A DNA stretch of 64,000 bases from Deltaproteobacteria bacterium (GTDB lineage: Bacteria; Myxococcota; Kuafuiibacteriia; Kuafuiibacteriales; Kuafuiibacteriaceae). How positions within the stretch are numbered: position 1 is the stretch's first letter; every line of letters begins with the position of its first letter. The position numbers and the translations under genes were made by a program. Location: assembly GCA_040218735.1 (NCBI GenBank), contig JAVJQW010000011.1:160001-224000 (forward strand). The letters are read 5' to 3'. The notes beneath the pieces are model-generated. The model was not told the DNA's origin. It saw nothing but the letters and a program-made list of their open reading frames with translations, and ran no database searches. Below are positions 1 through 11,176 of this stretch, one piece after another.

Positions 1-974
1 AGCTGTTCGACGACATCCGCAACTCGATCGACGCCTGCCACCGCGACGGCTCGCTCAAGACGATCATCAAGGCGGACCTGCAGCGTTACATCATCGCCGA
101 CCCCGAGCTGCCGACGACGCTGCACCGCCTCCGCTCCGCCGGCAAACGCCTCTTCGTCCTGACCAACTCCTACTGGGACTACACCAACGCGGTGATGAGC
201 TACCTCCTCGACGATCGCCTCGCCGAGTACCCGCGGTGGCTCAACTACTTCGACGTGGTGATCGTCGGCGCGCAGAAGCCGGGCTTCTTCACCGGCAAGG
301 CGCCGTTCCTCCGGGTCGATCCGCGGACGGGAGAAGTGTCCGACGAACCCGCGACGCGCTTCGAACAACGTGGCGTCTACCAGGGCGGCAACATCTCACG
401 CTTCGAGAAGATCGCACCCGGCGGCGAGTCGGTGCTCTACGTCGGCGACCACATCTACGGCGACATCATCCGCTCCAAGAAGGACTCGCTGTGGCGCACC
501 GCGCTGGTGCTCGAGGAGCTCGAGTACGAGCAGGCCCGCGCGCGCGAGATCCAGCACGCTCAGTCGGACCTCATCGAGCTCGAGGATCGTCGCCGCGCGC
601 TCGACCACGAGGTCCTCACGATCAAGCTCCGCATCAACGCCATCGAGCAGGCCTTCGACACCGCGAACATCTCCCGCGAGCGCACCACCGAGCTCGCGGG
701 TGCGAAGCGACGGCTGCGGATGCTCCTGGACCGCAAACGGCGCAGCCTCAACACGGTGATCGAACGACGCGAGATCCTCACCGAGGAGATCGACCGCGCC
801 TACAACCCGTACTGGGGGAGTGTCTTCAAGGAGGGCTCCGACGTCTCGCGCTTCGGCGAGCAGGTCGAGGAGTACGCGTGCATCTACACGAGCCGTGTGA
901 GCAACCTGTCGAAGTACTCACCCACGCAATACTTCCGCGCCGTGCGCCACTGGATGCCGCACGAGAAGGCGTGA
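1..974 (+). CDS. HAD-IG family 5'-nucleotidase (cN-II-like), 5' end outside window
   Basis: Frame open from base 3; motifs HRDGSLK, LFVLTNS, AQKPGFF, LYVGDHIYGD, WRTALV, YACIYTSRVSN. Confidence 0.9.
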   Translation, partial: LFDDIRNSIDACHRDGSLKTIIKADLQRYIIADPELPTTLHRLRSAGKRLFVLTNSYWDYTNAVMSYLLDDRLAEYPRWLNYFDVVIVGAQKPGFFTGKAPFLRVDPRTGEVSDEPATRFEQRGVYQGGNISRFEKIAPGGESVLYVGDHIYGDIIRSKKDSLWRTALVLEELEYEQARAREIQHAQSDLIELEDRRRALDHEVLTIKLRINAIEQAFDTANISRERTTELAGAKRRLRMLLDRKRRSLNTVIERREILTEEIDRAYNPYWGSVFKEGSDVSRFGEQVEEYACIYTSRVSNLSKYSPTQYFRAVRHWMPHEKA

Positions 975-1084
975 CGTCGTAGCGCCTGCGCCCCGCTGCG
1001 TCACGGTAGGGCGCGCTCGCCGACGGGTTTACGGACCTGACGGCCACCCCTTTCCCTTCGGTAAGGTGCGCGTCCAGGAGGGTC

Positions 1085-1819
1085 GTGGACGTGAAGAGGA
1101 CTTGGTGGATCGCAGCGTTCTTGGGGGCGGGGGTTTCGGGGTGTGGTCTGGGTGCGCTGCTCAGCGCTCCGCGCATCGTCGACGCGGACAACGATGACGT
1201 CGTCTTCATCGGCGACTCGATCTTCGCGCTGTCGGGGGAGATCCAAGCGAACCTCCACGTCCGCAACGGCGGGACGTTCCGCAACTACACCACGTCCGGC
1301 GCCGAGCTCACGGGTGGGCTGATCAACCCGTCCGTCGAGCAGCAGTTCGAGCTCGCGGTGACGGACCCGCCGAACAGCTCGATCGTGGTCATGGACGGCG
1401 GCGGCAACGACATCCTCATCCCGGCCGTCGCGCTGTTCGATCCCTACGACTGCAAGACGCAGTGGTACGAGTTCGGGCGCCTCTCGCGCAGCTGCAAGAA
1501 CTTCATCGACGACATCTACGTCGACGCGGTCGACCTGCTCGACGAGATGAGCGCAGACGGCATCGATGAGGTCGTCTACCTCGGGTACTACTACCCGAAG
1601 GCCGGCTTGCTCGGCGCCGACGACCTCGACGAAGCCGTCGACTACGGCGACATGCGCCTCGCGCAGGCGTGCAACAACTCGATCACGTCGTGTGCCTTCG
1701 TCGACCCGCGGGGCACGATCAAGAACCGCGACATCGTCGCGGACGGCGTGCACCCTTCGACGTCCGGTTCGAACAAGATCGCCGACCTCATCTGGCCGGT
1801 GCTGTCGCCGCTCCTCTGA
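1085..1819 (+). CDS. SGNH/GDSL hydrolase family lipoprotein
   Basis: Lipobox-like GVSGC; FIGDS, GGGND and DGVHP catalytic blocks. Confidence 0.85.
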   Translation: MDVKRTWWIAAFLGAGVSGCGLGALLSAPRIVDADNDDVVFIGDSIFALSGEIQANLHVRNGGTFRNYTTSGAELTGGLINPSVEQQFELAVTDPPNSSIVVMDGGGNDILIPAVALFDPYDCKTQWYEFGRLSRSCKNFIDDIYVDAVDLLDEMSADGIDEVVYLGYYYPKAGLLGADDLDEAVDYGDMRLAQACNNSITSCAFVDPRGTIKNRDIVADGVHPSTSGSNKIADLIWPVLSPLL

Positions 1820-2487
1820 TGCGCGTCGCCCTGCTGCTGGTCGGCGCCGCGACGCTCGCTGCGCTGTTCGCGCTTCAGACGATGCACGAGGCCCCGGCGG
1901 TCGGTCCCGCCGAACGGGTCGAACGGGTCGAACGGGCTCACCGTGCCGCGGACGCAGCGCGCCCTGCGGCGCTCGTCGAACGTGCGCGCGACGCCGACCG
2001 CGACGAAGACGCGGCCCGCGCCGCGCTCCACGCGCGACTCGACGCCGCCGAAGGGTTCGATGCGCGCCTCGACGCACTGCTCGTCGCGACCTACGGCTCG
2101 ACCGGACGCATCCCGGAGCCGCTGCACCGTGGCCCGGTCGCGGAGTACTTCCTCCGCAACCCCGCCGTGCAAGCTGACTTGCAGGCCATGGCGGAAGTCG
2201 AACGGGCCGCCGCGCTCGCCCGGATGCGAACGCGCCTCGGGTTCGACGAGGAGCAGGTCGCCCGGCTCGCCGCGCGAGACCGGCGTCAGGCGGCCCGGTG
2301 GTCGAACGGCCTCGCGTACACAGCCGCCCGCGCGAAGGTCGTCGACCGGGTCGACGACGGAGAACGCGACGCTGCGCTCGCGGCGCTCCGCACCGAATAC
2401 TTCGGCGCACGCGCCGAGACGATCCGGCGGGAAGAGGAGAGCGGCTTCTTCCGGTTCGAGCGCCCGCGCATCCTCGGGCGCAACTGA
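1819..2487 (+). CDS. Membrane-anchored helical protein, possibly lipase-chaperone-like
   Basis: ATG overlaps upstream TGA; N-terminal hydrophobic helix; helical C-terminus ...DAALAALRTEYFG. Confidence 0.6.
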   Translation: MRVALLLVGAATLAALFALQTMHEAPAVGPAERVERVERAHRAADAARPAALVERARDADRDEDAARAALHARLDAAEGFDARLDALLVATYGSTGRIPEPLHRGPVAEYFLRNPAVQADLQAMAEVERAAALARMRTRLGFDEEQVARLAARDRRQAARWSNGLAYTAARAKVVDRVDDGERDAALAALRTEYFGARAETIRREEESGFFRFERPRILGRN

Positions 2488-2489
2488 CG

Positions 2490-4250
2490 TCAGCGCTGGC
2501 CGAGTCGCACGAGGCGACCGGGGCGCTCGCCGGTGAGCTCGCCGTCCTTCGCGATCTCGGTCCCGGCCACGAACGTCGACACGTACCCCTCGGCGAACTG
2601 CAGCAGGCGCTGCCCGCCCGCGGGGAGGTCGCGGCGCATCTCGGGGGAGCGCAGCTTCAGGCGATCGAAGTCGATGATGTTGACGTCCGCGCGCTGGCCG
2701 ACTTCGAGCGTCCCGCGATCGTCGAAGCCGATGAACCGCGCGGTGTCGCGCGTCTGCTTCTTCACCAGCCGCTCCAGCTCGAAGCGGCCCCGTTCACGAT
2801 CGCGACCCCAGTGGGTGAGCAGGAACGTCGGGAAGCTCGCGTCGCAGATCGTCCCGACGTGCGCGCCGCCGTCGGAGAGGCCCGGCAGCGACGCGGGGTG
2901 GTCGAGCATCGTCCGTACGTTGTCGAGGTTGAGCTCGGTGTAGTTGTAGAAGGGGAAGTACAGGAGCGCCTTGCCGTCCTGGTCGAGGAGCGCGTCGTAG
3001 AGCACGTCGAGCATCCCGCGGTTTTCGCCCATCGCCTCCGCGAACAGACACGTCGTCGGGCCCGGCTCGTAGTCCGGCTCCTCGCCGAGGCGGTAGAGGC
3101 GCTTCGCGACGAGGTCGAGGTTCGCGAGGAAGTGATCCGCGATCGGCGGAATCGGGCTCCCGTCGCCGGAGACGCGCTCCGACTTCTCCGTGAGCATCTT
3201 CGCCTTCAGCGCCGGATCACGCATGCGCTTCACACGCTCTTCGAGCGGCAGGTGCGCGATGGCCTTGTAGCTCGGGAAGCCCATGAACGGCTGGAACGTC
3301 GCCTCGAGCCCGAGCAGCACACCGATCGCACGCGGCGCGACCTGCACGTGCATCGAGAGCCCGGACGCGTTGGCCTTCTCGACCCGCTCCAGGATGCGCC
3401 GCCACTGGTTCGGCTCCTGGTCGCGCTGCATCAAGGAGATCGACATCCTGTGCCCCGCGCCCGCGCGCGCCATCGACTCGATGATGTCGAACTCGGGATC
3501 GAAGCGCTCGGGCCCGACCGCCATGTCGAAGTCACTCACCGCCTGGAGCACGCCGTGGCCGAGGCCCTCGAACGCACCGGCGATCGTCATGAGTTCGCGC
3601 GCCGCCGCCTCGGAGGCCGGCGTCGCCTCCCCCTTCGCGCTGCGGTGGTTGTCGCTGCGGCCCGTCGAGAAGCCGACCGCCCCCGCCTGTAGCGAAGCGC
3701 GCACGTGGTTCTTCATCGCGGCGAGGTCGTCGTCGGTCGCCGCTTCGTTCGCCGCGCCGCGCTCACCCATCACGAACACCCGCAGCGCGTCGTGCGGAAC
3801 CTGCACCGCGAAGTCGATCGCGTGCGCGAACGAGTCGATCTTGTCCATGTACTCGGAGAACTTCGACCAGCCCCACGTGAGCCCCTCGGAGAGCGCGGTG
3901 CCCGGGATGTCCTCGACGCCCTCCATCAGCTCGATCAACCGGTCGTGGTCCGTGTCGCGCACCGGCGCGAAGCCGACGCCGCAGGACCCCATCACGCAGG
4001 TGGTGACGCCGTGGATCGACGAGGGCGCGAGGTCCGCGTCCCAGGAGACCTGGCCGTCGTAGTGCGTGTGGATGTCGACGAAGCCGGGGGTCACGAGCGC
4101 GCCCTCCGCGTCGACGGTGCGCGCCGCCGACTCGGGCGCGTCGCCCACCGCGACGATCTTGCCGTCCTTGATGCCGAGGTCACCGGTGCGCCGGGTCGCT
4201 CCGGTGCCATCGATGATCGTGCCGCCGCGGATCTTCAGGTCGTACGCCAT
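2490..4250 (-). CDS. N-acyl-D-amino-acid deacylase family amidohydrolase
   Basis: [34 protein letters not shown] motifs. Confidence 0.88.
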   Translation of the reverse strand: MAYDLKIRGGTIIDGTGATRRTGDLGIKDGKIVAVGDAPESAARTVDAEGALVTPGFVDIHTHYDGQVSWDADLAPSSIHGVTTCVMGSCGVGFAPVRDTDHDRLIELMEGVEDIPGTALSEGLTWGWSKFSEYMDKIDSFAHAIDFAVQVPHDALRVFVMGERGAANEAATDDDLAAMKNHVRASLQAGAVGFSTGRSDNHRSAKGEATPASEAAARELMTIAGAFEGLGHGVLQAVSDFDMAVGPERFDPEFDIIESMARAGAGHRMSISLMQRDQEPNQWRRILERVEKANASGLSMHVQVAPRAIGVLLGLEATFQPFMGFPSYKAIAHLPLEERVKRMRDPALKAKMLTEKSERVSGDGSPIPPIADHFLANLDLVAKRLYRLGEEPDYEPGPTTCLFAEAMGENRGMLDVLYDALLDQDGKALLYFPFYNYTELNLDNVRTMLDHPASLPGLSDGGAHVGTICDASFPTFLLTHWGRDRERGRFELERLVKKQTRDTARFIGFDDRGTLEVGQRADVNIIDFDRLKLRSPEMRRDLPAGGQRLLQFAEGYVSTFVAGTEIAKDGELTGERPGRLVRLGQR

Positions 4251-4268
4251 GAACGAGTCATCTCAGAA

Positions 4269-4286
4269 TTTAACCGATCGGTCAAA
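4269..4286. promoter_or_regulatory. Palindromic operator candidate (TetR-family-like)
   Basis: TTTAACCGATCGGTCAAA, 16/18 self-complementary, in the divergent intergenic region about 20 bp upstream of the amidohydrolase. Confidence 0.5.
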
Positions 4287-4345
4287 TCCGACATCGGGAG
4301 GACCGACCCCGTGCGACACGGCGTCCCACGGTGCGGTATGCCAAG

Positions 4346-4903
4346 ATGATGCAGAAGATCGCGTTCGTCGCCGCGCTGGTGCTCGTCGGTTGTAAGCCAC
4401 CGCCTCCCGCGGCTTCGACTTCGACGCTGTCGCCTCAGCCCGTCGACCTCACGGCGCTGACCCGGCTGACGCGCCCCGAGAGCACCACGGGCGAGCTGGT
4501 GTACGTGCCCATCTACTCCAGCACACCGCCGCAGGTCGGCAACTCCCGCTTCCCGCTCACGGCGATTCTGAGCGTGCACAACGTCGCGCTCGAGGGGCGC
4601 CTCGCGCTCACCGCGGTCACGTACTTCGATACGGCCGGGCGCCGGCTGAAGGAGATGGTCGAAGCCGACACCGTCCTCGGCCCGCTCGAAACGAAGCAGT
4701 TCGTCATCCCCGCCCGCGATCAGAGCGGCGGAACCGGCGCGAACTTCGTCGTGAAGTGGGAGGCCGAAGCCGAGACCCCGCGCCCCGTGATCGAGGCCCT
4801 CATGATCTCGACCACGTCCGCGCAGGGGGTGTCGTTCACGACCCAGGGCACGGTCATCCAGAAGCTCAGCCGCGAGGCCCCGAGCGACGGACGCGATGAC
4901 TGA
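4346..4903 (+). CDS. DUF3124 domain lipoprotein
   Basis: LVGC lipobox; VYVPIYS, YFDTAG, GGTGANFVVKW, PVIEALMI. Confidence 0.85.
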   Translation: MMQKIAFVAALVLVGCKPPPPAASTSTLSPQPVDLTALTRLTRPESTTGELVYVPIYSSTPPQVGNSRFPLTAILSVHNVALEGRLALTAVTYFDTAGRRLKEMVEADTVLGPLETKQFVIPARDQSGGTGANFVVKWEAEAETPRPVIEALMISTTSAQGVSFTTQGTVIQKLSREAPSDGRDD

Positions 4904-4944
4904 AAAAACGAAAGGCGCGCTACCTACCGGCAACGCGCCCTTCG
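4903..4944 (-). terminator. Intrinsic terminator downstream of secG/tRNA-Leu
   Basis: Minus strand CGAAGGGCGCGTTGCC-GGTA-GGTAGCGCGCCTTTCG followed by TTTTTT. Confidence 0.8.
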
Positions 4945-4959
4945 AAATCCTCGCTGGAG

Positions 4960-5041
4960 TGCGGCGGGGGAGACTCGAACTCCCATACCTCTCGGCGCCA
5001 CCCCCTCAAGATGGTGTGTCTACCAATTTCACCACCGCCGC
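4960..5041 (-). tRNA. tRNA-Leu(GAG)
   Basis: GCGGCGGTGGTGAAATTGGTAGACAC...CCATC-TTGAGGG-GGTGG, long variable arm, TTCGAGT T-loop; CCA not encoded; secG-tRNA-Leu linkage is common. Confidence 0.95.
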
Positions 5042-5090
5042 ATAGGCGAGGACCGGACCTTTACGAAGCAATTTTCTTTTCGTCAACGAT

Positions 5091-5429
5091 TCACTGCGCG
5101 GCAGTGGACGATGCCGCAGGGGGCGTCGCCTGGTCACCCGAAGGCGTCGTCGTCGACTCGGTGGTCTGCTCGGTCTTGATGTCGCTGACGACCGAACGAT
5201 CCCGCGAAGAGAGCCAAGACAGGCTCATGCTCGTCACCATGAAGACGACCGCGCAGCCCGTGGTCATCTTCGTGAGGAAGTTGCTCGCGCCGCGGCTGCC
5301 GAACACCGTCCCCGCACCGCCGCCGCCGAACACGGCGGAGACGCCGCCGCCCTTACCGGACTGCAGCAAGATGACGGGAAGCATCCCGATGCACACGAGC
5401 ACGTGGAGGATGGTCAGCGCGGTCTCCAT
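5091..5429 (-). CDS. secG: Preprotein translocase subunit SecG
   Basis: ILLQSGKGGG...FG...LTKMT, two TM helices, downstream of tpiA. Confidence 0.95.
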   Translation of the reverse strand: METALTILHVLVCIGMLPVILLQSGKGGGVSAVFGGGGAGTVFGSRGASNFLTKMTTGCAVVFMVTSMSLSWLSSRDRSVVSDIKTEQTTESTTTPSGDQATPPAASSTAAQ

Positions 5430-5471
5430 GGCGAGGGGGCGTTTTGCCCAAGGCCTCCTACGTTGTCAAGC

Positions 5472-6230
5472 TCAGGCCGCCGCGGCGCAGATCTCGGCGA
5501 ACGAGTCCGCCTTCAGCGCCGCGCCGCCGATGAGGCCGCCGTCGATGTCGGGCTGCGCGAGCAGCTCCGCCGCGTTGGCGGGTTTCATCGAGCCGCCGTA
5601 CTGGATCCGAACCGCCTGAGCGGTCTCGTCGCCCCACTTCTTGGCCAGCTCGGCCCGAAGGTGCGCGTGGACCTCCTGCGCCTGGTCCGGCGTCGCGGTG
5701 CGGCCGGTGCCGATGGCCCAGACCGGCTCGTAGGCCACCACCACGTTCGAGACCTGGCCCGCGTCGAGGTTGCCGAGGCCGACCAGCAGCTGCTCGGTGA
5801 CGACCGGCAGGGTCTGGTTGCCGTCACGCTGTTCGAGCGTCTCCCCCACGCAGTAGATCGGCAGGAGGCCGCTCGCGAACAGCGCGCTGATCTTCTTCGC
5901 GCAGCTGTCGTTCGTCTCGCCGAACAGCGTGCGCCGCTCGCTGTGCCCGACGAGGCTGTACATGCAGCCCACGTCCTTCAGCATCCCGACCGAGATCTCC
6001 CCGGTGAACGCGCCCTGCCCCTCGAAGTGGCAGTTCTGCGCGGACAGTCGGATCTTCGATCCGGTGATGCGCTTGCTGACGGCGTGCAGCGCCGTGAACG
6101 TCGGCGCGACGCCGACCTCGACGCCCGCGAGTGATTCGATGCGGGGCAGCAGCCCGTCGATCAGCTCGACGGCCTCGCCGACCGTCTTGTGCATCTTCCA
6201 GTTGCCGCAGATGAAGGGTGTACGCGCCAT
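5472..6230 (-). CDS. tpiA: Triose-phosphate isomerase
   Basis: GNWKM, GHSERR, AYEPVWAIGTG, YGGS. Confidence 0.98.
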   Translation of the reverse strand: MARTPFICGNWKMHKTVGEAVELIDGLLPRIESLAGVEVGVAPTFTALHAVSKRITGSKIRLSAQNCHFEGQGAFTGEISVGMLKDVGCMYSLVGHSERRTLFGETNDSCAKKISALFASGLLPIYCVGETLEQRDGNQTLPVVTEQLLVGLGNLDAGQVSNVVVAYEPVWAIGTGRTATPDQAQEVHAHLRAELAKKWGDETAQAVRIQYGGSMKPANAAELLAQPDIDGGLIGGAALKADSFAEICAAAA

Positions 6231-6245
6231 CGTCTTGTCTTCCTT

Positions 6246-7421
6246 TCAGCCTTCCAGCGCCTTCACGCCGGGGAGGGTCTTGCCCTCGATGAGCTCCAGG
6301 CTCGCGCCGCCACCGGTCGACACGTGCGTGATCTTGTCCGCGAGGCCCGTCTTGTTGAGCGCCGCGACCGAGTCGCCACCGCCCACGACGGACGTCCCCG
6401 CGCTGTCCGCGACCGCCGCGGCGATCGCCTCGGTGCCCGCCGCGAAGCTCTCCCACTCGAACACGCCCATCGGCCCGTTCCAGAAGATCGTCTTCGCCTC
6501 GCGGATGACCTGCGCGTAGCGCTCGCGGGTCTTCGGCCCGATGTCGAGCCCCATGAACCCGTCGCGGATCTCCGTGACCGTCTCGGGCGTCGCGTTCTCG
6601 TCGAACGACGCCGCGACCACGTGATCCTCGGGCAACAACAGCTGCACCTTGCGCGCCTGCGCCGCCTTGATGATCTGCTCCGCCGACGTCAGCGCGTCGG
6701 ACTCGACGCGGCTGTTGCCGACGTTCTTCCCGCGCGCCTTCAGCAACGTGTACGCCATCGCGCCGCCGATCATCAGCGCGCTGCAGCGCTGCACCAGGCT
6801 GTTGAGGACGCCGAGTTTGTCGCTGACCTTCGCCCCGCCGACGATCGCCACGAACGGCGCGACGGGGTTGTCGAGGATCTTCCCGAGGTGGTCGAGCTCG
6901 CGCTTCATCAGCAGGCCGGCGCCCTTGTCGCGGACGAACCGCACCATGCCGGTCGTCGACGCGTGCGCGCGGTGCGCGGCGCCGAACGCGTCGTTCACGT
7001 AGACGTCCACGCCCTCGGCGAGCGCGCGCGCGAACTCTTCGTCGTTCTTCTCCTCCGCCGCGTGGAAGCGGAGGTTCTCGAGCACCAGGACGTCGCCCTC
7101 GCGGAGGTCCTTGATGTTCTTCTTCACGCCGTCACCGACGCAGTCGTCCGCGAACGTCACCTCCTTGTCGAGCAGCTCCGACAGCCGCGCGGCCGCCGGC
7201 TCGAGCGACATGTCCGGGTCCCGCTTCCCCTTCGGCCGCCCGAGGTGCGACGCGATGACGAGGCGCGCGCCCTTGTCGATCGCGAGCTGGATCGTCGGCA
7301 GCGCGGCGCGGATGCGGGTGTCGTCGCTGACCTGCCCGTCGGGCGTCAGCGGGACGTTGAAGTCGACACGGATGAAGGTGACCCGACCCTGCAGGTCGAG
7401 GTCGGCGATGGACTGGATCAT
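6246..7421 (-). CDS. pgk: Phosphoglycerate kinase
   Basis: RVDFNVP, SHLGRP, LENLRF, WNGPMG, STGGGA. Confidence 0.98.
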   Translation of the reverse strand: MIQSIADLDLQGRVTFIRVDFNVPLTPDGQVSDDTRIRAALPTIQLAIDKGARLVIASHLGRPKGKRDPDMSLEPAAARLSELLDKEVTFADDCVGDGVKKNIKDLREGDVLVLENLRFHAAEEKNDEEFARALAEGVDVYVNDAFGAAHRAHASTTGMVRFVRDKGAGLLMKRELDHLGKILDNPVAPFVAIVGGAKVSDKLGVLNSLVQRCSALMIGGAMAYTLLKARGKNVGNSRVESDALTSAEQIIKAAQARKVQLLLPEDHVVAASFDENATPETVTEIRDGFMGLDIGPKTRERYAQVIREAKTIFWNGPMGVFEWESFAAGTEAIAAAVADSAGTSVVGGGDSVAALNKTGLADKITHVSTGGGASLELIEGKTLPGVKALEG

Positions 7422-7485
7422 GGGAGGCCTCTCGCAGCAGCGGGTCGGGGCCCCGCGGCGCGCGAGGCCCCGTTTCGAACAGCTT

Positions 7486-8496
7486 CTAGGACGACTGCTT
7501 CGCCATGTAGTTGGCGATGTCGACGACGCGGCTCGAGTAACCCCACTCGTTGTCGTACCAGGAGACGACCTTGACCATGCGCTTCTCCATGACGTCCGTG
7601 AGCGCAGAGTCGACGGTCGAGCTGTTGGCGTTGCCGATGAAGTCGATCGACACCAGCGGCTTGTCGCTCACGCCGAGCACACCCTTCATCGGGCCGTTCG
7701 CCGCAGCGTTGAGCGCCGCGTTGACCTCTTCCTTCGTCACGTCCTTGCTGACGTTGGCGACGAGGTCGACGAGCGAGACGTCCTTGGTCGGGACGCGCAC
7801 CGCGAAGCCGTTCAGCTTGCCGGCGAGCTCCGGGAGCACGAGGCCGACGGCCTTCGCGGCGCCGGTCGTCGTCGGGATCATCGACTCGAACGCAGCGCGC
7901 GCGCGGCGGTAGTCCTTGTGCGGCAGGTCGAGGATCTGCTGGTCGTTCGTGACCGCGTGGATCGTCGTCATCAGGCCGTGCTCGATCCCGAACGAGTCGT
8001 TCAGGACCTTCGCGACGGGCGCGAGGCAGTTCGTGGTGCACGACGCGTTCGACACGAGGAAGTGCTTCGAGGCGTCGAACGTCTCGTGGTTCACGCCGTA
8101 GGCGAGCGTCGCGTCGACGTTCTTGCCCGGCGCGCTGATCAGCACGCGCTTGGCGCCGGCCTGGACGTGCATCTTGGCCTTCTCGCCGTCCGTGAAGATG
8201 CCGGTCGACTCGATGACGATGTCGACGCCCATCTCGCCCCACGGGAGCTTCGTCGGGTCGCGTTCGGCGAGCGTCTTGATCGACTTGCCGTCGACGATGA
8301 TCTCGTTGTCACCCTGCGCGACGGTGCCGTCGTACTTGCCGTGCACCGAGTCGTACTCGAGCAGGTGCGCGAGCATCGCGTCGTCGGTCAGGTCGTTGAT
8401 CGCGACGACCTCCAGGTTGTGGTTGGTGCTCTTGTTCAGCGCCCGAAGGACGCAGCGGCCGATTCGGCCGAACCCGTTGATCGCAATGCGCGTCAT
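7486..8496 (-). CDS. gap: Type I glyceraldehyde-3-phosphate dehydrogenase
   Basis: [25 protein letters not shown]; start at 8496 or 8505. Confidence 0.98.
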   Translation of the reverse strand: MTRIAINGFGRIGRCVLRALNKSTNHNLEVVAINDLTDDAMLAHLLEYDSVHGKYDGTVAQGDNEIIVDGKSIKTLAERDPTKLPWGEMGVDIVIESTGIFTDGEKAKMHVQAGAKRVLISAPGKNVDATLAYGVNHETFDASKHFLVSNASCTTNCLAPVAKVLNDSFGIEHGLMTTIHAVTNDQQILDLPHKDYRRARAAFESMIPTTTGAAKAVGLVLPELAGKLNGFAVRVPTKDVSLVDLVANVSKDVTKEEVNAALNAAANGPMKGVLGVSDKPLVSIDFIGNANSSTVDSALTDVMEKRMVKVVSWYDNEWGYSSRVVDIANYMAKQSS

Positions 8497-8647
8497 CTCT
8501 CCCATACCTCCAGGCAGCGTGGTTGCTCGGCGCGGTTGATTTAGCGCGGCGCGTCAGCCGAGCGCGCTGCCGCGCACCGTGTAAGAGATCGCTTCAGCCC
8601 CGTCAAGGTGTGGCGTTCGCACCGGCGTGACGTGTATGGGTCGTCGC

Positions 8648-10267
<1,620 letters not shown>

Positions 10268-10274
10268 CGGGGCA

Positions 10275-11099
10275 TCACTCGGGGCGCGTGACGCCGGCCA
10301 GGCAACTGGCCGGCGTCGAAGCCGTCGTCATCCTCACCGGGAGCGCGTCGATTCCGCTGACCAACACGCGGTCGTCTTCGGTGCGGGGACCGCTCGCGGT
10401 CGCGCTGATGTAACAGTCCTTCACCACGTCGACGGAGCTGAGCTCGGTCGGTCGGACGAAGTGCGTCGGCCACAGCACATCGGTGTTCGCCGACGCGCCC
10501 GACGGGAGGCGCGCGACCGCGAAGCGACCGTCGTGGGTCCAGAACCGGTGCGTGACGTCGTCCCTGGGATGGACCGCGATCTCGACGCTGTCGATCGTCG
10601 TGTCGTTCGCGGGGTCGACGAAGTGGACCGTGTACGACGACGCACCCCGAGAGACCTCCGCTACGAAGCGGCCGTCCCGGGAGGGGATGGCTTCGGTGTA
10701 CGCGCCGAGCTCTGCGCGCCGCGCGAGGCGCCGCTCCCCGTTTGCGTCGACGACCAACGCGTGGTCACCGCCGGTCACCCCGCTCCACTCGAGGAGCAGA
10801 TAACCGGCCGCGTGCATGTAGTAGAAGTCGCTCGGCGGCGACCCGGAACCGACGTAGAGCGTCTCGTCCTCGACGAACCCATCCGCGTCCACGCTGCCGG
10901 CGACGATGGTGTACTCGGTGTCCTTCGAGTCCACCGGGCACCCCTCGTAGGTCACACAAACGCGCGTGCTCTCGATGTGCTCCACCATCACCGCGGCGCG
11001 GGTGCCGTCTTCCGAGAAGACCCCGGACACCACGGTGAGCGCGTGGCTCTCGCCGCAACCCGCCAGGAGCAGGAACAACCACGACCAACCTCTCGTCAT
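10275..11099 (-). CDS. Hypothetical lipoprotein (beta-rich)
   Basis: MTRGWSWLFLLLAGC signal/lipobox; host-like codon use. Confidence 0.65.
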   Translation of the reverse strand: MTRGWSWLFLLLAGCGESHALTVVSGVFSEDGTRAAVMVEHIESTRVCVTYEGCPVDSKDTEYTIVAGSVDADGFVEDETLYVGSGSPPSDFYYMHAAGYLLLEWSGVTGGDHALVVDANGERRLARRAELGAYTEAIPSRDGRFVAEVSRGASSYTVHFVDPANDTTIDSVEIAVHPRDDVTHRFWTHDGRFAVARLPSGASANTDVLWPTHFVRPTELSSVDVVKDCYISATASGPRTEDDRVLVSGIDALPVRMTTASTPASCLAGVTRPE

Positions 11100-11176
11100 G
11101 GTGTTCAGCCTCGCTCGATCGCAAACCGCCCCGCAAGTCGGTACGGGCGGTGACCGCACGCACGGCTCGGCGTCGG

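Noticed and set aside
1911-1936. 9-bp tandem repeat (ERV)x3
   Set aside because: In-frame linker microrepeat with no phase-variation consequence.
4960-5041. tRNA-Leu as the integration site of an island
   Set aside because: No integrase, and I saw no duplicated tRNA 3' end in the window.
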